Source of the DNA: an uncultured Capnocytophaga sp.
GTDB lineage: Bacteria > Bacteroidota > Bacteroidia > Flavobacteriales > Flavobacteriaceae
Direction of reading: 5' to 3'
Assembly (NCBI GenBank): GCA_963523735.1
Contig: CAUREJ010000003.1
Span: 1,086 to 65,085, forward strand
Length of the DNA: 64,000 nucleotides
Made by a program: the position numbers and the translations under genes. Under the pieces are notes generated by a model that saw only the letters and a list, made by a program, of their open reading frames with translations, was not told where the DNA came from and searched no databases. Below, piece after piece: positions 39,158 through 49,291 of this stretch (within the stretch, counting starts at the first letter, position 1; each line of letters opens with the position of its first letter).

Positions 39158-40300
39158 TTACTTCTTACCGCCCGACTTTAACCTGTTAATGCGTTCTGTA
39201 ATAAGGTCGCCGGTAATAAAGTCAATATTGGCTTGTGTATATGCTTTTTGGTATGTTTTTAGTGCTTTTTTATAGTCCGAAGTCTTCTCGTAGTATTCAG
39301 CCATAAAGAACTGAGGCATAGCCGTCTTGCCATACCCATTATCCTCTACGTATTTTGATAGCTTTTTTAACGACTCCCAGTCGGCAGTAGAATTAATAGC
39401 CGTATAGTCTGCCATAATATCGTTCAGTAATGGTTTTTTCTTAATACCAAAGTATTTTTCAATAGTATTGTACTTTTCTTCCAAGTATTCAAATACCCCA
39501 GTGCTAAGGGTTTCCATTTTAGTTTTAAACTCCTTAGCCCCTATAGGTTTGTACACATCAAAACACAGGTCAAGAGCTTGTGCAAGGGCTTCTATTTTGG
39601 CAGCATTTACGCTTTGTCCTTTCATATCAACAAAATGATATTCCACCGACTCGTGTGCAGGGGTCGAGCGCAAAGACTTTTCAAACCTAAGAGCTGTGTC
39701 GTAGTTCAGCTTGTTTTCCACATCGCTGGTAGCCATATAGTAAAAAGTGCGTTTAGCGGTTCCTTCTGCCAATACGGCGGCAAACTGGTCGCCCATTCGT
39801 GGTACAGTAACCGGATTCAAGCTGATATAAGTATTGAATACAGGTTTAGGGCTAATCATATAGTAATTCAGTAAAAAACCAGCCTGTTCCGAGCCTATAA
39901 TAGCCTTCATACCTATGGGGAATTTACCCTCTATATAAGGTACCAATTCAGTTGATACAAACTCAAAAAACCGAGCCGATTCGTTTATCGGTCTCCCTAC
40001 TTCTTCTGTAATGGCTATGTCTTCTAACGGAACGTCAAATACCCCTACTACTATACACTTAGGCATCTCGTCAAACTGTTCGTAATAGCGCACCATCGAT
40101 ATTACCGATTCCATAAGGGTCTCCCCACTAAGCACTACCAATAGCGGATACGTTTGTTTATCCGAGTATTTTTCAGGTTTGTAAATGCCTATCTTTTGTT
40201 TTTTACCCATCTTAGCCGAGCTAAAACTCTCGGTAGTGTATTGTGCAAAAATGCTTTGGAATGCCCATAAGGCAACCATAAATGTACAAAATCTTTTCAT
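39158..40300 (-). CDS. Alpha/beta-hydrolase-fold (esterase-like) protein with C-terminal TPR; nucleophile motif degenerate
   Basis: YPLLVVL, FVSTELVPYIE; GSEQAG in place of GHSxGG. Confidence 0.75.
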   Translation of the reverse strand: MKRFCTFMVALWAFQSIFAQYTTESFSSAKMGKKQKIGIYKPEKYSDKQTYPLLVVLSGETLMESVISMVRYYEQFDEMPKCIVVGVFDVPLEDIAITEEVGRPINESARFFEFVSTELVPYIEGKFPIGMKAIIGSEQAGFLLNYYMISPKPVFNTYISLNPVTVPRMGDQFAAVLAEGTAKRTFYYMATSDVENKLNYDTALRFEKSLRSTPAHESVEYHFVDMKGQSVNAAKIEALAQALDLCFDVYKPIGAKEFKTKMETLSTGVFEYLEEKYNTIEKYFGIKKKPLLNDIMADYTAINSTADWESLKKLSKYVEDNGYGKTAMPQFFMAEYYEKTSDYKKALKTYQKAYTQANIDFITGDLITERINRLKSGGKK

Positions 40301-40405
40301 TGTGATATGCTATAATTTTATTTGTTAGAATGCCACAAATAAAACAATTTTCTATCACATAGCCAAATGCTTTCCTCTATTTAACTAAACTTTAACGCTT
40401 ATCAT

Positions 40406-41230
40406 TTACACCGATACCGCTGCCTTGATAGCCGGATAGGGGTCGTAGCCCTCTAACCTAAAATCGTCATACTCAAAGGCAAACAAATCCTTTTTAGCAG
40501 GATTAAGGTGCATCGTAGGCAGTGGGCGAGGGGTACGGCTCAGCTGCAAGGCTACTTGCTCACGGTGATTGTTATAAATATGTACATCGCCAAAAGTATG
40601 TATAAAATCACCCAATTGCAGGTTGCATACTTGTGCAAGCATCATTGTAAGCAAGGCGTAGGAGGCAATGTTAAAAGGCACCCCCAAAAACACATCGGCA
40701 CTGCGTTGGTACAGCTGGCACGATAGTCGTCCGTCGGCTACGTAAAACTGGAATAAAGCGTGACACGGAGGCAAAGCCGCCTTGCCATTAGCTACATTCT
40801 CGGCAAATGATTTTCCGGTGTCGGGCAGTACCGAAGGGTTCCAAGCCGAAACTATTATGCGCCTACTCTCAGGGTTTTGCTGTAAGGTTTTCACTACCTC
40901 CTTCATTTGGTCAATAGCCTCCCCGTTCCAATTGCGCCATTGCGCTCCGTACACCGGACCCAAATCTCCCTTAGGGTCAGCCCATTCATTCCAAATGCGC
41001 ACTCCGTTATCGGTAAGGTATTGAATGTTCGTATCCCCTTTTAAGAACCATAACAGCTCATAAATCACCGATTTCAGATGTATTTTCTTAGTAGTTACCA
41101 GTGGGAATCCCTCTCTTAGGTCAAAACGCATCTGGTAGCCAAATACACTCGTAGTACCGGTGCCAGTACGGTCGTCTTTGGCATACCCTTTTTCAAGGAT
41201 ATGCCTTAATAAATCCTGATATGCCTGCAT
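40406..41230 (-). CDS. thyA: Thymidylate synthase
   Basis: [31 protein letters not shown]. Confidence 0.98.
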   Translation of the reverse strand: MQAYQDLLRHILEKGYAKDDRTGTGTTSVFGYQMRFDLREGFPLVTTKKIHLKSVIYELLWFLKGDTNIQYLTDNGVRIWNEWADPKGDLGPVYGAQWRNWNGEAIDQMKEVVKTLQQNPESRRIIVSAWNPSVLPDTGKSFAENVANGKAALPPCHALFQFYVADGRLSCQLYQRSADVFLGVPFNIASYALLTMMLAQVCNLQLGDFIHTFGDVHIYNNHREQVALQLSRTPRPLPTMHLNPAKKDLFAFEYDDFRLEGYDPYPAIKAAVSV

Positions 41231-41235
41231 TGTGA

Positions 41236-42945
41236 TTATTCAGTTTTTACTTTCTCCCAAGTATCTTTTAAGCCAACGGTTTTGTTAAATACCAACTTAT
41301 CAGCTGTAGTATCAGGGTCTATGCTAAAGTAACCCAAGCGTTGGAACTGAACTGTTTCACCCACTTGGGCGTTTACCAAGCTCGGTTCTACATAAGCAGT
41401 AACCACTTTTAATGAGGTAGGGTTAATGTAGTTTAAAAAGCTATCCTCTTGGCGGTCGGGTTCAGGCACTGTAAATAGGCGGTCGTACAGCCTTGCTTCG
41501 GCTTCCACAGCGTGAGCTACCGATACCCAGTGCAGGGTGCCTTTCACCTTGCGCATACTTGCTTCGGTACCACTACCGCTGCGCGTATCGGCATCGTAAG
41601 TACAGTGTATTTCAGTAATATTGCCTGCGGCATCTTTCACCACGCTTTCAGCCTTTATAATATAAGCGTTTTTAAGGCGCACTTCACCCCCTAATTTTAA
41701 GCGGAAATACTTCTTATCAGCCTCCTCCCTAAAATCCTCACGTTCTATGTAAATCTCTCTGCTAAAAGGCACTTTGCGGAAAGTCATTGGGGTTACTTCA
41801 GGGTTGTTTTCAGCGTCCAACCACTCTTCTTGTCCTTCCGGATAATTAGTGATAACCACTTTTACAGGGTCAAGCACAGCCATTACGCGGTTAGCTTTTT
41901 TGTTTAAGTCTTCGCGTACGCAGAACTCTAATAACGATACATCTATCAAGTTCTCACGCTTAGCAATCCCTATGGTATCGGCAAATTTCCGGATAGATTC
42001 AGGGGTATAGCCACGGCGGCGTAAGCCCGAAATAGTAGGCATACGAGGGTCGTCCCAGCCTGCTACGTACTTCTCAGTAACCAGCTGTAATAGTTTGCGT
42101 TTGCTCACAATAGTATGGCTGAGGTTACGGCGGGCAAATTCACGTTGTTTGGGGCGTGTACCTCCCTCTCCTTTAGGAGGGGCTGGCGTCGGGATTACTT
42201 GGTCTAAAAACCAATCGTATAGTTCTCGGTGAGGTAAAAACTCTAAGGTGCAAAGCGAGTGAGATATTTGTTCAAGGTAATCACTTTCGCCGTGTGCCCA
42301 GTCGTACATAGGGTAGATATGCCATTTATCGCCCGTGCGGTGGTGTGAAGCATTCATTATGCGGTAGATGATAGGGTCGCGCATCAGCATATTAGCTGAA
42401 GCCATATCAATCTTAGCGCGCAGTACATACGTACCGTTCTCGAACTCACCATTCTTCATCCGTTCAAAGAGGGCAAGGTTTTCCTCTACCGACGTATTCC
42501 TATACGGACTTTCGGTACCGGCAACGGTAGGCGTACCTTTTTGCGCAGCAATTTCTTCCGATGTTTGCTTATCTACATAAGCCTTCCCTTTTTGTATCAG
42601 TGCTACAGCCCAATCGTACAGTTCTTGAAAGTAGTCGGAGGCGTAGCATTCCTTATCCCATTTAAAGCCCAACCATTCCACATCGCGCCTAATAGCATCA
42701 ACGTATTCTTGTTCTTCTTTTGAAGGGTTCGTATCGTCAAAGCGCAGATTCACCGGAGCGTTATAGCGCAGCCCCAATCCGAAGTTCAAGCAGATAGAGC
42801 TTGCGTGCCCCAAGTGCAAGTAGCCGTTAGGTTCGGGCGGAAAGCGGAAGCGCAAAGCCTTAGCAGGAAAGCCAGCCGCCAAATCTTCCTCAATAATATT
42901 TTCGATAAAGTTATTAGAGCGTTGTTCTTTTAATTCTTCTGACAT
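41236..42945 (-). CDS. glnS: Glutamine--tRNA ligase
   Basis: [36 protein letters not shown]. Confidence 0.97.
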   Translation of the reverse strand: MSEELKEQRSNNFIENIIEEDLAAGFPAKALRFRFPPEPNGYLHLGHASSICLNFGLGLRYNAPVNLRFDDTNPSKEEQEYVDAIRRDVEWLGFKWDKECYASDYFQELYDWAVALIQKGKAYVDKQTSEEIAAQKGTPTVAGTESPYRNTSVEENLALFERMKNGEFENGTYVLRAKIDMASANMLMRDPIIYRIMNASHHRTGDKWHIYPMYDWAHGESDYLEQISHSLCTLEFLPHRELYDWFLDQVIPTPAPPKGEGGTRPKQREFARRNLSHTIVSKRKLLQLVTEKYVAGWDDPRMPTISGLRRRGYTPESIRKFADTIGIAKRENLIDVSLLEFCVREDLNKKANRVMAVLDPVKVVITNYPEGQEEWLDAENNPEVTPMTFRKVPFSREIYIEREDFREEADKKYFRLKLGGEVRLKNAYIIKAESVVKDAAGNITEIHCTYDADTRSGSGTEASMRKVKGTLHWVSVAHAVEAEARLYDRLFTVPEPDRQEDSFLNYINPTSLKVVTAYVEPSLVNAQVGETVQFQRLGYFSIDPDTTADKLVFNKTVGLKDTWEKVKTE

Positions 42946-42963
42946 ATTTTTTACTGATGAATA

Positions 42964-43528
42964 TTAATGATAATTGTTTGTGATAGTTATTAGGTCAAGA
43001 AACATTTGGCGTACCTCTTCATTTTCATCATTCTTTGAAATGTATTGAAAGCCAAATCTTTCATAAAAAGGAAAAGCCTGTCGGTATGCATCAACCGTTA
43101 TCAAGCGACAAGCCTGTTTTGTATTCAGGGCAATACAGTCACTTATTATATTTTGAAGAATCATACTCCCCAACCCTTTTCCTTTACAAGTTTTATCTAC
43201 TCCTAATCGACCTAGTTTTTAAAGAAGGAATATTCTTTAAGTGTCGTTTCAGATGAGGTAGTAAGCCCCCTACGAACTTTTTATACTGACTTTTAGAGGA
43301 AAATAATTCCTCTTTTATCTGCATACTATCATTCAGGATACTATAAAATCCCAAAGTACGCTCACTATTTTCGATAATAAAAGTAGTAGCGAGCATTTGT
43401 TTTTGATAAAGAACAGCTTCTTTGAACAGAAAATCGTTCAAATCATCATCTTCACAGTCGAAAGGTTTAATGGTATGGTTTTCTGTAAGCTGCAAAACAG
43501 TAAATTCTAATGAATTATTTGCTTTCAC
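42964..43528 (-). pseudogene. GNAT acetyltransferase toxin (AtaT/TacT-like), frameshifted
   Basis: FDCEDDDLNDFL N-terminus; removing one base from the T5 run at 43216-43220 restores LKLGRLGVDKTCKGKGLG-SM...ITVDAY..FYERFGF. Confidence 0.85.
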
Positions 43529-43700
43529 TTTCTTCTTTTTTAAAAAATGATTTAAAATACTTTGCATTTTCCTCTATTTGTTTCCTATCGAGAACAATGC
43601 CTTTTTCTTTTAGGTACTGGGGGTAGTTTTCTAATTTCATTAAGAATTCAATAGCGTCCTCACCTTCCAGTACAGGGGTAGGTTGAATTTCTCTTGCCAT
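43515..43700 (-). CDS. Small putative antitoxin upstream of the GNAT toxin
   Basis: MAREIQPTPVLEGEDAIEF; 61 aa; overlaps the GNAT start. Confidence 0.7.
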   Translation of the reverse strand: MAREIQPTPVLEGEDAIEFLMKLENYPQYLKEKGIVLDRKQIEENAKYFKSFFKKEESESK

Positions 43701-44007
43701 ATTTATTACAGATGTATGTTCAGAGGGCAAAAGTACAAAATAATTATCAATTAGCAATATTTAGTTATTAGTCTTTAGTCGCTCGTCGTTAGCAGTCTAA
43801 CATATCTCACTTGCCCAACCAATCCAATCCCCTCATTTGCTCATTTGCTAATTTCCAAATTCTCTAATTTCCTCATTTTCTCATTTCCCCACCCTGCCTA
43901 ATCCCAGACCCCTATCGGGGCTTTAGATTTGTTAGACAATTTTGCCCCGTTTTGCCTGCTAGCGACTAAAGACTAACAGCTAAAAATTGCTAATTTTCTC
44001 ATTTTTA

Positions 44008-44237
44008 TTGCGAATAATGCAAAATGAGGGAACAGAAGTGAAAGGTTTGATATTCAGTTAGGTAATACTTATCCTTCGCTCACCCTTCGCTCTGCCTTCG
44101 GTATGGCTTCGCTCAGCCTTCGCTACGGCTATAAGCTGTTTGAGGTATCGTTGTAAGTGCAATGTATTGATTGTTAAGGAATTGTGTTTTTCGGATAAAG
44201 TGAGAAGTTTGGGAGGGTATTTTTGCATTATTCGCAA
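44008..44237 (+). repeat. 230-bp IR-bounded element, copy 3
   Basis: Perfect TTGCGAATAATGCAAA / TTTGCATTATTCGCAA ends. Confidence 0.9.
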
Positions 44238-44261
44238 CAAAAACCCCCAAACATTGCATTT

Positions 44262-44366
44262 TCTTCATTTTTACATTTCCTCATTTCCTCATTTGCTAAT
44301 TTCCTCATTTCCTCATTTGCTAATTTGCTAATTTCCTCATTTGCTAATTTGCTAATTTCCTCATTC
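44262..44366 (-). repeat. Tandem 8-bp repeats (CCTCATTT/GCTAATTT)
   Basis: Directly visible array. Confidence 0.9.
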
Positions 44367-44448
44367 CCCTAAAAAAAAACACTCATTATTTAGTTTGTTT
44401 ACAAATAATGATTATCTTTGCACCCAAATTCTAAATTAAATCATTTTT

Positions 44449-45792
44449 ATGAAACATTTTAATCCTTTCTTTTTAATGGTGGCTATTTTTGCCCTCATTA
44501 TTACGGCTTGCAGCAAAGACGATAACAACCCTGCCAACAAGCCCGAACTCATCAAAGACCTTACCTTACAGAAAACAACTCTGGCGTTAAAGGTGCAAGA
44601 AACAGCTACCCTCACTATCACTTCGGGTAATGGTAATTACACTGCCAAAGCGGCTAATGAAGCTACTGTATCGGCTACGGTAGAACAAAACACCCTTAAA
44701 ATCACCGCTATAGCACAAGGCGAAACGGTGGTAACAGTTGCCGATGCCAAAGGAAAAACCGCTACCCTTACCGTAACAGTCTCCGGAATTTTTGCAGTGG
44801 TCGATAAAACCATAACCGTCCAAAACGGAGCTAAGGCAGATGTAAAACTACAAAACGGACACGCTAATTACGCCTTCAAAAGCACGCCCGAAGGGGTCGT
44901 GTTAGTAAGTGCCAAAAGTGATAACGAACTCTCTGTCGAAGGCTTGAAGGTAGGCAGTGCTACCGTTACCGTTACCGATGTGCAGAGTGGCAAGACCGAT
45001 ACGTTCGAGGTAACCGTTACCGGTATGCCTTTCACCATAAGCAAAAACAGCTTTACTTTGGAAGTCGGCAATACCGAGCAGGTAACCATCACCAGTGGCA
45101 ACCCTACTTATACGGTGCAGTATTCTATAGATAATGTAGTAAAAGCCCAAATAAACGGCAATGTGATACACCTAACAGCCGTAGGTGCCGGAAAAGCCAA
45201 TGTCATCATCACCGATGCTGCCGCGCAAAAAGCAACCATAGCCGTAACCGTAAACGGAGCAGTAGCTGGCGATATTTTCGATGTAGATGAAGGAGAAGAC
45301 GAAAATGAAGGCGAAAAAGTAGTAACACTTAAAAACGGCGTAAGTGCTACAGGGGCTATCACAATCCCCGATGAAGGCACCGTACTCGATGCCTCTATAT
45401 TTGATGGTAATAAGGACATTGTCTCAGCCGATTTGAAGAATATTACAAAGATAGGTGAAGGGGCTTTCCAAGGTACTACTAACCTCAAAAAAGTAGTGAT
45501 GAACAAAGTGAAACATATAGGAGTACAAGCCTTTACCGCCTCCGGACTTACCGAACTTACCCTACCTGCCTCTGTAGAAGCTATCGGGCGAATGGCTTTT
45601 ATGAACAATTACAGCCTTACAAAGGTAACGGTGCTTAATCCTACACCTGTAAATATAAGTCTCAATACTTTTGCTACTTCGGCACAGAATCGTGAAAAAC
45701 GAGTTTTATACGTGCCTAAAGGAAGTAAATCAGCCTATGAAAATAATGAAAATTGGGCTAAAAACTTCAAAGAAATAAGAGAACTTAATTAA
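44449..45792 (+). CDS. Surface lipoprotein with about three Ig-like (Big_2/PilN-like) repeats and a BspA-type LRR_5 domain
   Basis: Lipobox ITAC-SKDD; ITSGNG..TVADAKG repeats; IGEGAF, IGVQAF, LYVPKGSKSAY. Confidence 0.85.
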   Translation: MKHFNPFFLMVAIFALIITACSKDDNNPANKPELIKDLTLQKTTLALKVQETATLTITSGNGNYTAKAANEATVSATVEQNTLKITAIAQGETVVTVADAKGKTATLTVTVSGIFAVVDKTITVQNGAKADVKLQNGHANYAFKSTPEGVVLVSAKSDNELSVEGLKVGSATVTVTDVQSGKTDTFEVTVTGMPFTISKNSFTLEVGNTEQVTITSGNPTYTVQYSIDNVVKAQINGNVIHLTAVGAGKANVIITDAAAQKATIAVTVNGAVAGDIFDVDEGEDENEGEKVVTLKNGVSATGAITIPDEGTVLDASIFDGNKDIVSADLKNITKIGEGAFQGTTNLKKVVMNKVKHIGVQAFTASGLTELTLPASVEAIGRMAFMNNYSLTKVTVLNPTPVNISLNTFATSAQNREKRVLYVPKGSKSAYENNENWAKNFKEIRELN

Positions 45793-45800
45793 AAAACACA

Positions 45801-45830
45801 TAGGGGCGAATCCCAATTCGCCCCTTTTTT
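45801..45830 (+). terminator. REP-like hairpin / terminator
   Basis: AGGGGCGAAT-CCCA-ATTCGCCCCT-TTTTT. Confidence 0.75.
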
Positions 45831-46060
45831 ATTACTACTCTATCACTTATAGTAACAATTAACCACCTATAATCAGCAGTTTGTCATTAGTAGCTCATAG
45901 TTTGCATTTTAAAAAACATAGCTGATAATCAGATACTTGTGTAGTTACCGAGTTTTTATTTTTCTTTTTTCTAAATAATTTACCCAATATATTTGGACTA
46001 AAGCTAAATAGTTACTACTTTTGCGCCAAAATAATTCTAAATTAAATAATTTTCTTTACA

Positions 46061-47221
46061 ATGAAAAAGCTATTTATAGGTGCGATGGTTTGCCTGTCGC
46101 TCATAGCATTGCAAAGTTGCAAAAAACAAGTAATTGAAGAGCGTGAAGATATTGTTGCTGGCTCCGAAATTATTAGTAAAAATCGTACGCCCGACGAGTC
46201 CGATGGCAAAAAAGGCGACTATTTTATCAACTCCATTACCAGTGAGCTTTACGGGCCTAAAACCGATGCTGGTTGGGGGGCTCCTATACGTTTCGGTAGT
46301 AGTAACACCGCCGAAGCTAAAATACTCTCTGGCGCAGGGGCGCCTTCCCCTCGTACAGGTACCGAAGGTGATTGGTATATCGACCTTAGTACCCGTACCC
46401 TCTACGGGCCTAAAGCCAATAACCAATGGGGCAATGGCATAGTCTTGGGCGGAAATCCTAACAATGGCTCTAACCAAGACCCCGATGAATCTCTACCCGA
46501 CTTCCATATCAGCAAAATTGGGCAACCTACCCTCTTAGTATGGTCAAACCCCAAAACTGTCGAGGTCAATATGAACACCAATAACCAACTCAAATTGGTC
46601 GAGGTAATTGGCAGAGAGGCTTTTGCTCAAAAACGCTCCTTAGAAAAAATTACCATTGGTGATAAAGTACAACTTATCGATAACCAAGCCTTTGAAAACA
46701 ACTTCGCTCTCAAAGATATTATCTTCACTGCCGATAGTGAACTCGAACATATAGGCATCGAAGCCTTTACCAAATGTAATGCGCTCAAATCAATAGGCTT
46801 ACCTTCACGCCTCACCCTAATAGATAAATACGCCTTCCTCAGCTGTAAGTCCCTCGAAACCGTAGTAGTACCAGGTTCTTGTGAGCGTATTCTTTCCGAA
46901 GCTTTTAAAGAATGTGAAAACCTCAAAAACGTTACCCTTAATGAAGGAGTAAAGTTAATCGATAACTTAGCCTTTGAAAAATGTTTCTCACTTACTTCTA
47001 TTACATTTCCTGCTTCGCTAACAGGCTTAGGTGAACTCCTTTTTAATGAAACTACCCAAAAAATAAGCGTTACTTTCCTTGGGGCAGTACCTCAAACCAA
47101 TGATGATGCCAATCCTTTTGCAGGGGCTACGGTAGAACATATATATGTACCTTCACAACACGTGCAAGCCTACCGTGATAAGTTTACCGATTATGCCGAT
47201 ATTATCGAAGCTATCAAATAA
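46061..47221 (+). CDS. BspA/LRR_5 lipoprotein with two N-terminal 'GDxYID..LYGPK..WG' repeats
   Basis: Lipobox LQSC; LRR_5 units (IGREAF, IDNQAF, IGIEAF). Confidence 0.85.
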   Translation: MKKLFIGAMVCLSLIALQSCKKQVIEEREDIVAGSEIISKNRTPDESDGKKGDYFINSITSELYGPKTDAGWGAPIRFGSSNTAEAKILSGAGAPSPRTGTEGDWYIDLSTRTLYGPKANNQWGNGIVLGGNPNNGSNQDPDESLPDFHISKIGQPTLLVWSNPKTVEVNMNTNNQLKLVEVIGREAFAQKRSLEKITIGDKVQLIDNQAFENNFALKDIIFTADSELEHIGIEAFTKCNALKSIGLPSRLTLIDKYAFLSCKSLETVVVPGSCERILSEAFKECENLKNVTLNEGVKLIDNLAFEKCFSLTSITFPASLTGLGELLFNETTQKISVTFLGAVPQTNDDANPFAGATVEHIYVPSQHVQAYRDKFTDYADIIEAIK

Positions 47222-47239
47222 AAATAAAAATACTTCTAA

Positions 47240-48442
47240 ATGAAAAAAATACTTATCATTTTGTGCGCGCTTTTAGCCTTCGGTGCAGTAGGTTGTGTCA
47301 AACAAACTATTGAACGTGTAAAGGTAAAAAGAGCCAGCGTGATACATCTCAAAAACTATCCACCTACTATTGATGAGGGCAATATAGGCGATTATTATAT
47401 AGATAGAAAAACAGGATTGCTCTACGGCCCTAAAACCGATGAACGCGGCTGGGGCAATACTCCTATCCCCTTGGTCTCCGAAAAGGGCATCAACCCCAAT
47501 ACCATTCGCTCAGGTAATGGTGCGCCCGACCTTACCATCGGTAAAAACGGCGACCTCTATTTAGATACCCAAAACCAAAAACTCTACGGACCTAAAAAAG
47601 ATAATAGCTGGGGGGTAGCCTACACTTTGGGCGATAATAACCCTTGGTATAACAATCAGCCCTCTAACTACAAACTCTCCGACGACCGCAAAACCCTTTT
47701 AGCGTGGCTTAACCCCCAAACAGTACATATCGATATGCGTACCGATGTAGGGCTTAGTCGCATAACAGCTATTCAGGAAAAAGCTTTTAGCTATCAGTTT
47801 GGAGCTGGCGGACACGAAGGGGTCTTTACTTCCGACCCTTATGCCGTGAAAACTATCATATTACCTGCTACCGTTACCGAAATAGGCAAAAGTGCTTTCG
47901 AGGGGCTTTACCACCTCGAGATGCTTACCCTACCACGCGGGCTTACTAAAATACCACGTAGTATGTGTAACGGCTGCGAACGCCTTAATATTGTCAATTT
48001 TGAAGAGGGTATTACCGAAATAGGTGATTTTGCTTTTGCGCGTACTAAGATTGAAAAACTTACCATTCCCCGTTCAGTGAAAGAAATTAAGGGGTATGCA
48101 TTTGCTTTTTGCGACAATCTTGACGAGCTAAAATTGCAAGAAGGACTTAAGAAAATTGCTGCACAAGCCTTCTTAGGTTGCGAAAAACTAAAGGTGATTG
48201 ATATACCCGAAAGTGTTACCAGTATTGGTAGTATAGGCGATTTCTCTTTCAGTTTTTGCCCCATCGAAACACTAGTACTACACTCGCGCACCATTCCTAA
48301 GTTCAGCAGTGTTGAGGTATCGTTTAGGCGTACCCTCAAAACGGTCTATGTACCCGATGAAAGTTTAGAGTTGTACAAAAATTCCAATTGGGCTGACGAT
48401 GCCTTCAAAGCAAAACTCAAACCGATGTCTCAACGACACTAA
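47240..48442 (+). CDS. BspA/LRR_5 lipoprotein, paralog of the upstream gene
   Basis: Lipobox AVGC; same repeats; IGKSAF, IGDFAF, VYVPDESLELYK. Confidence 0.85.
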   Translation: MKKILIILCALLAFGAVGCVKQTIERVKVKRASVIHLKNYPPTIDEGNIGDYYIDRKTGLLYGPKTDERGWGNTPIPLVSEKGINPNTIRSGNGAPDLTIGKNGDLYLDTQNQKLYGPKKDNSWGVAYTLGDNNPWYNNQPSNYKLSDDRKTLLAWLNPQTVHIDMRTDVGLSRITAIQEKAFSYQFGAGGHEGVFTSDPYAVKTIILPATVTEIGKSAFEGLYHLEMLTLPRGLTKIPRSMCNGCERLNIVNFEEGITEIGDFAFARTKIEKLTIPRSVKEIKGYAFAFCDNLDELKLQEGLKKIAAQAFLGCEKLKVIDIPESVTSIGSIGDFSFSFCPIETLVLHSRTIPKFSSVEVSFRRTLKTVYVPDESLELYKNSNWADDAFKAKLKPMSQRH

Positions 48443-48454
48443 TCTATTGGCAAA

Positions 48455-49291
48455 ATGAACAAAATATATTATTTCTTGATAATGCTTTCACTGGCTTTAG
48501 CAGCTTGCGATAAGCAAAAAGACGACCCTAATAACAACCCTAAGCCAGAAGAACCTGCGTCTTTAGTGGGTGAGTGGCGATTGGTGAAGTTAGAAGAAGA
48601 CGGTTACGAAACCAAATTAGAAAATTGCAATCGCAAAAGTACCTTAGTGTTCGGTGCCGACCAAACTCTTACCCGCACTACCTATCAGTATACCCCTAAT
48701 ACCTCTAGCGACGAAGCCAAAGACGCTTGTAACTATGTGGTGGAAGCCAAAAACTACACCACTACCTTGCAGCAGTTGGTATTACAGTCAGTAGCCTCGC
48801 CTACTGCTACTGAGGCGTATACCTATAGTGTAACCACTGATACTTTGGTAATGACCTACACCAATGGGGCTGGAGGAGTGCAGAAGGCTACCTACCGCAA
48901 AAATTATCAGTACGACCCTGCCAAAGAGATTATCGGCACTTGGTACATCCACAGCCTGTGGCGTAATGATATCTATGATTATAATAAAGACTTGACCGCT
49001 TTTGAAGGCTGTCGCTCGCAGCAAAAGGTAGTAGTTACACAAGATTCGATAGCCATACACCAATGGCGCTATACCAAGAACCAATGCCGCGAAACTGTCT
49101 ACAAAGGTGCTTACGAAATATCTGCTGGCTTGGGTATCATAAAGGTACGCAACAAGATAAGAGGCAAGGTAAACGTAGGCTTGCGCGAGTTTAGGCTTGG
49201 CAATGGTACCCTCGAGATTTGGGGCTTTGTAGATGGCTTAGCACGCGACTATGAAAATGAGTTTTACCGCAAAGAACAGACATTCAAATGA
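48455..49291 (+). CDS. Tandem lipocalin-like domain lipoprotein
   Basis: Lipobox LAAC; two GxW motifs (LVGEWRL, IIGTWYI), each followed by a Cys pair. Confidence 0.75.
   Translation: MNKIYYFLIMLSLALAACDKQKDDPNNNPKPEEPASLVGEWRLVKLEEDGYETKLENCNRKSTLVFGADQTLTRTTYQYTPNTSSDEAKDACNYVVEAKNYTTTLQQLVLQSVASPTATEAYTYSVTTDTLVMTYTNGAGGVQKATYRKNYQYDPAKEIIGTWYIHSLWRNDIYDYNKDLTAFEGCRSQQKVVVTQDSIAIHQWRYTKNQCRETVYKGAYEISAGLGIIKVRNKIRGKVNVGLREFRLGNGTLEIWGFVDGLARDYENEFYRKEQTFK

Noticed and set aside
44058..44331. Short ORFs inside element copy 3 as a transposase or peptide
   Set aside because: No transposase motifs; the translations just reflect the repeats.
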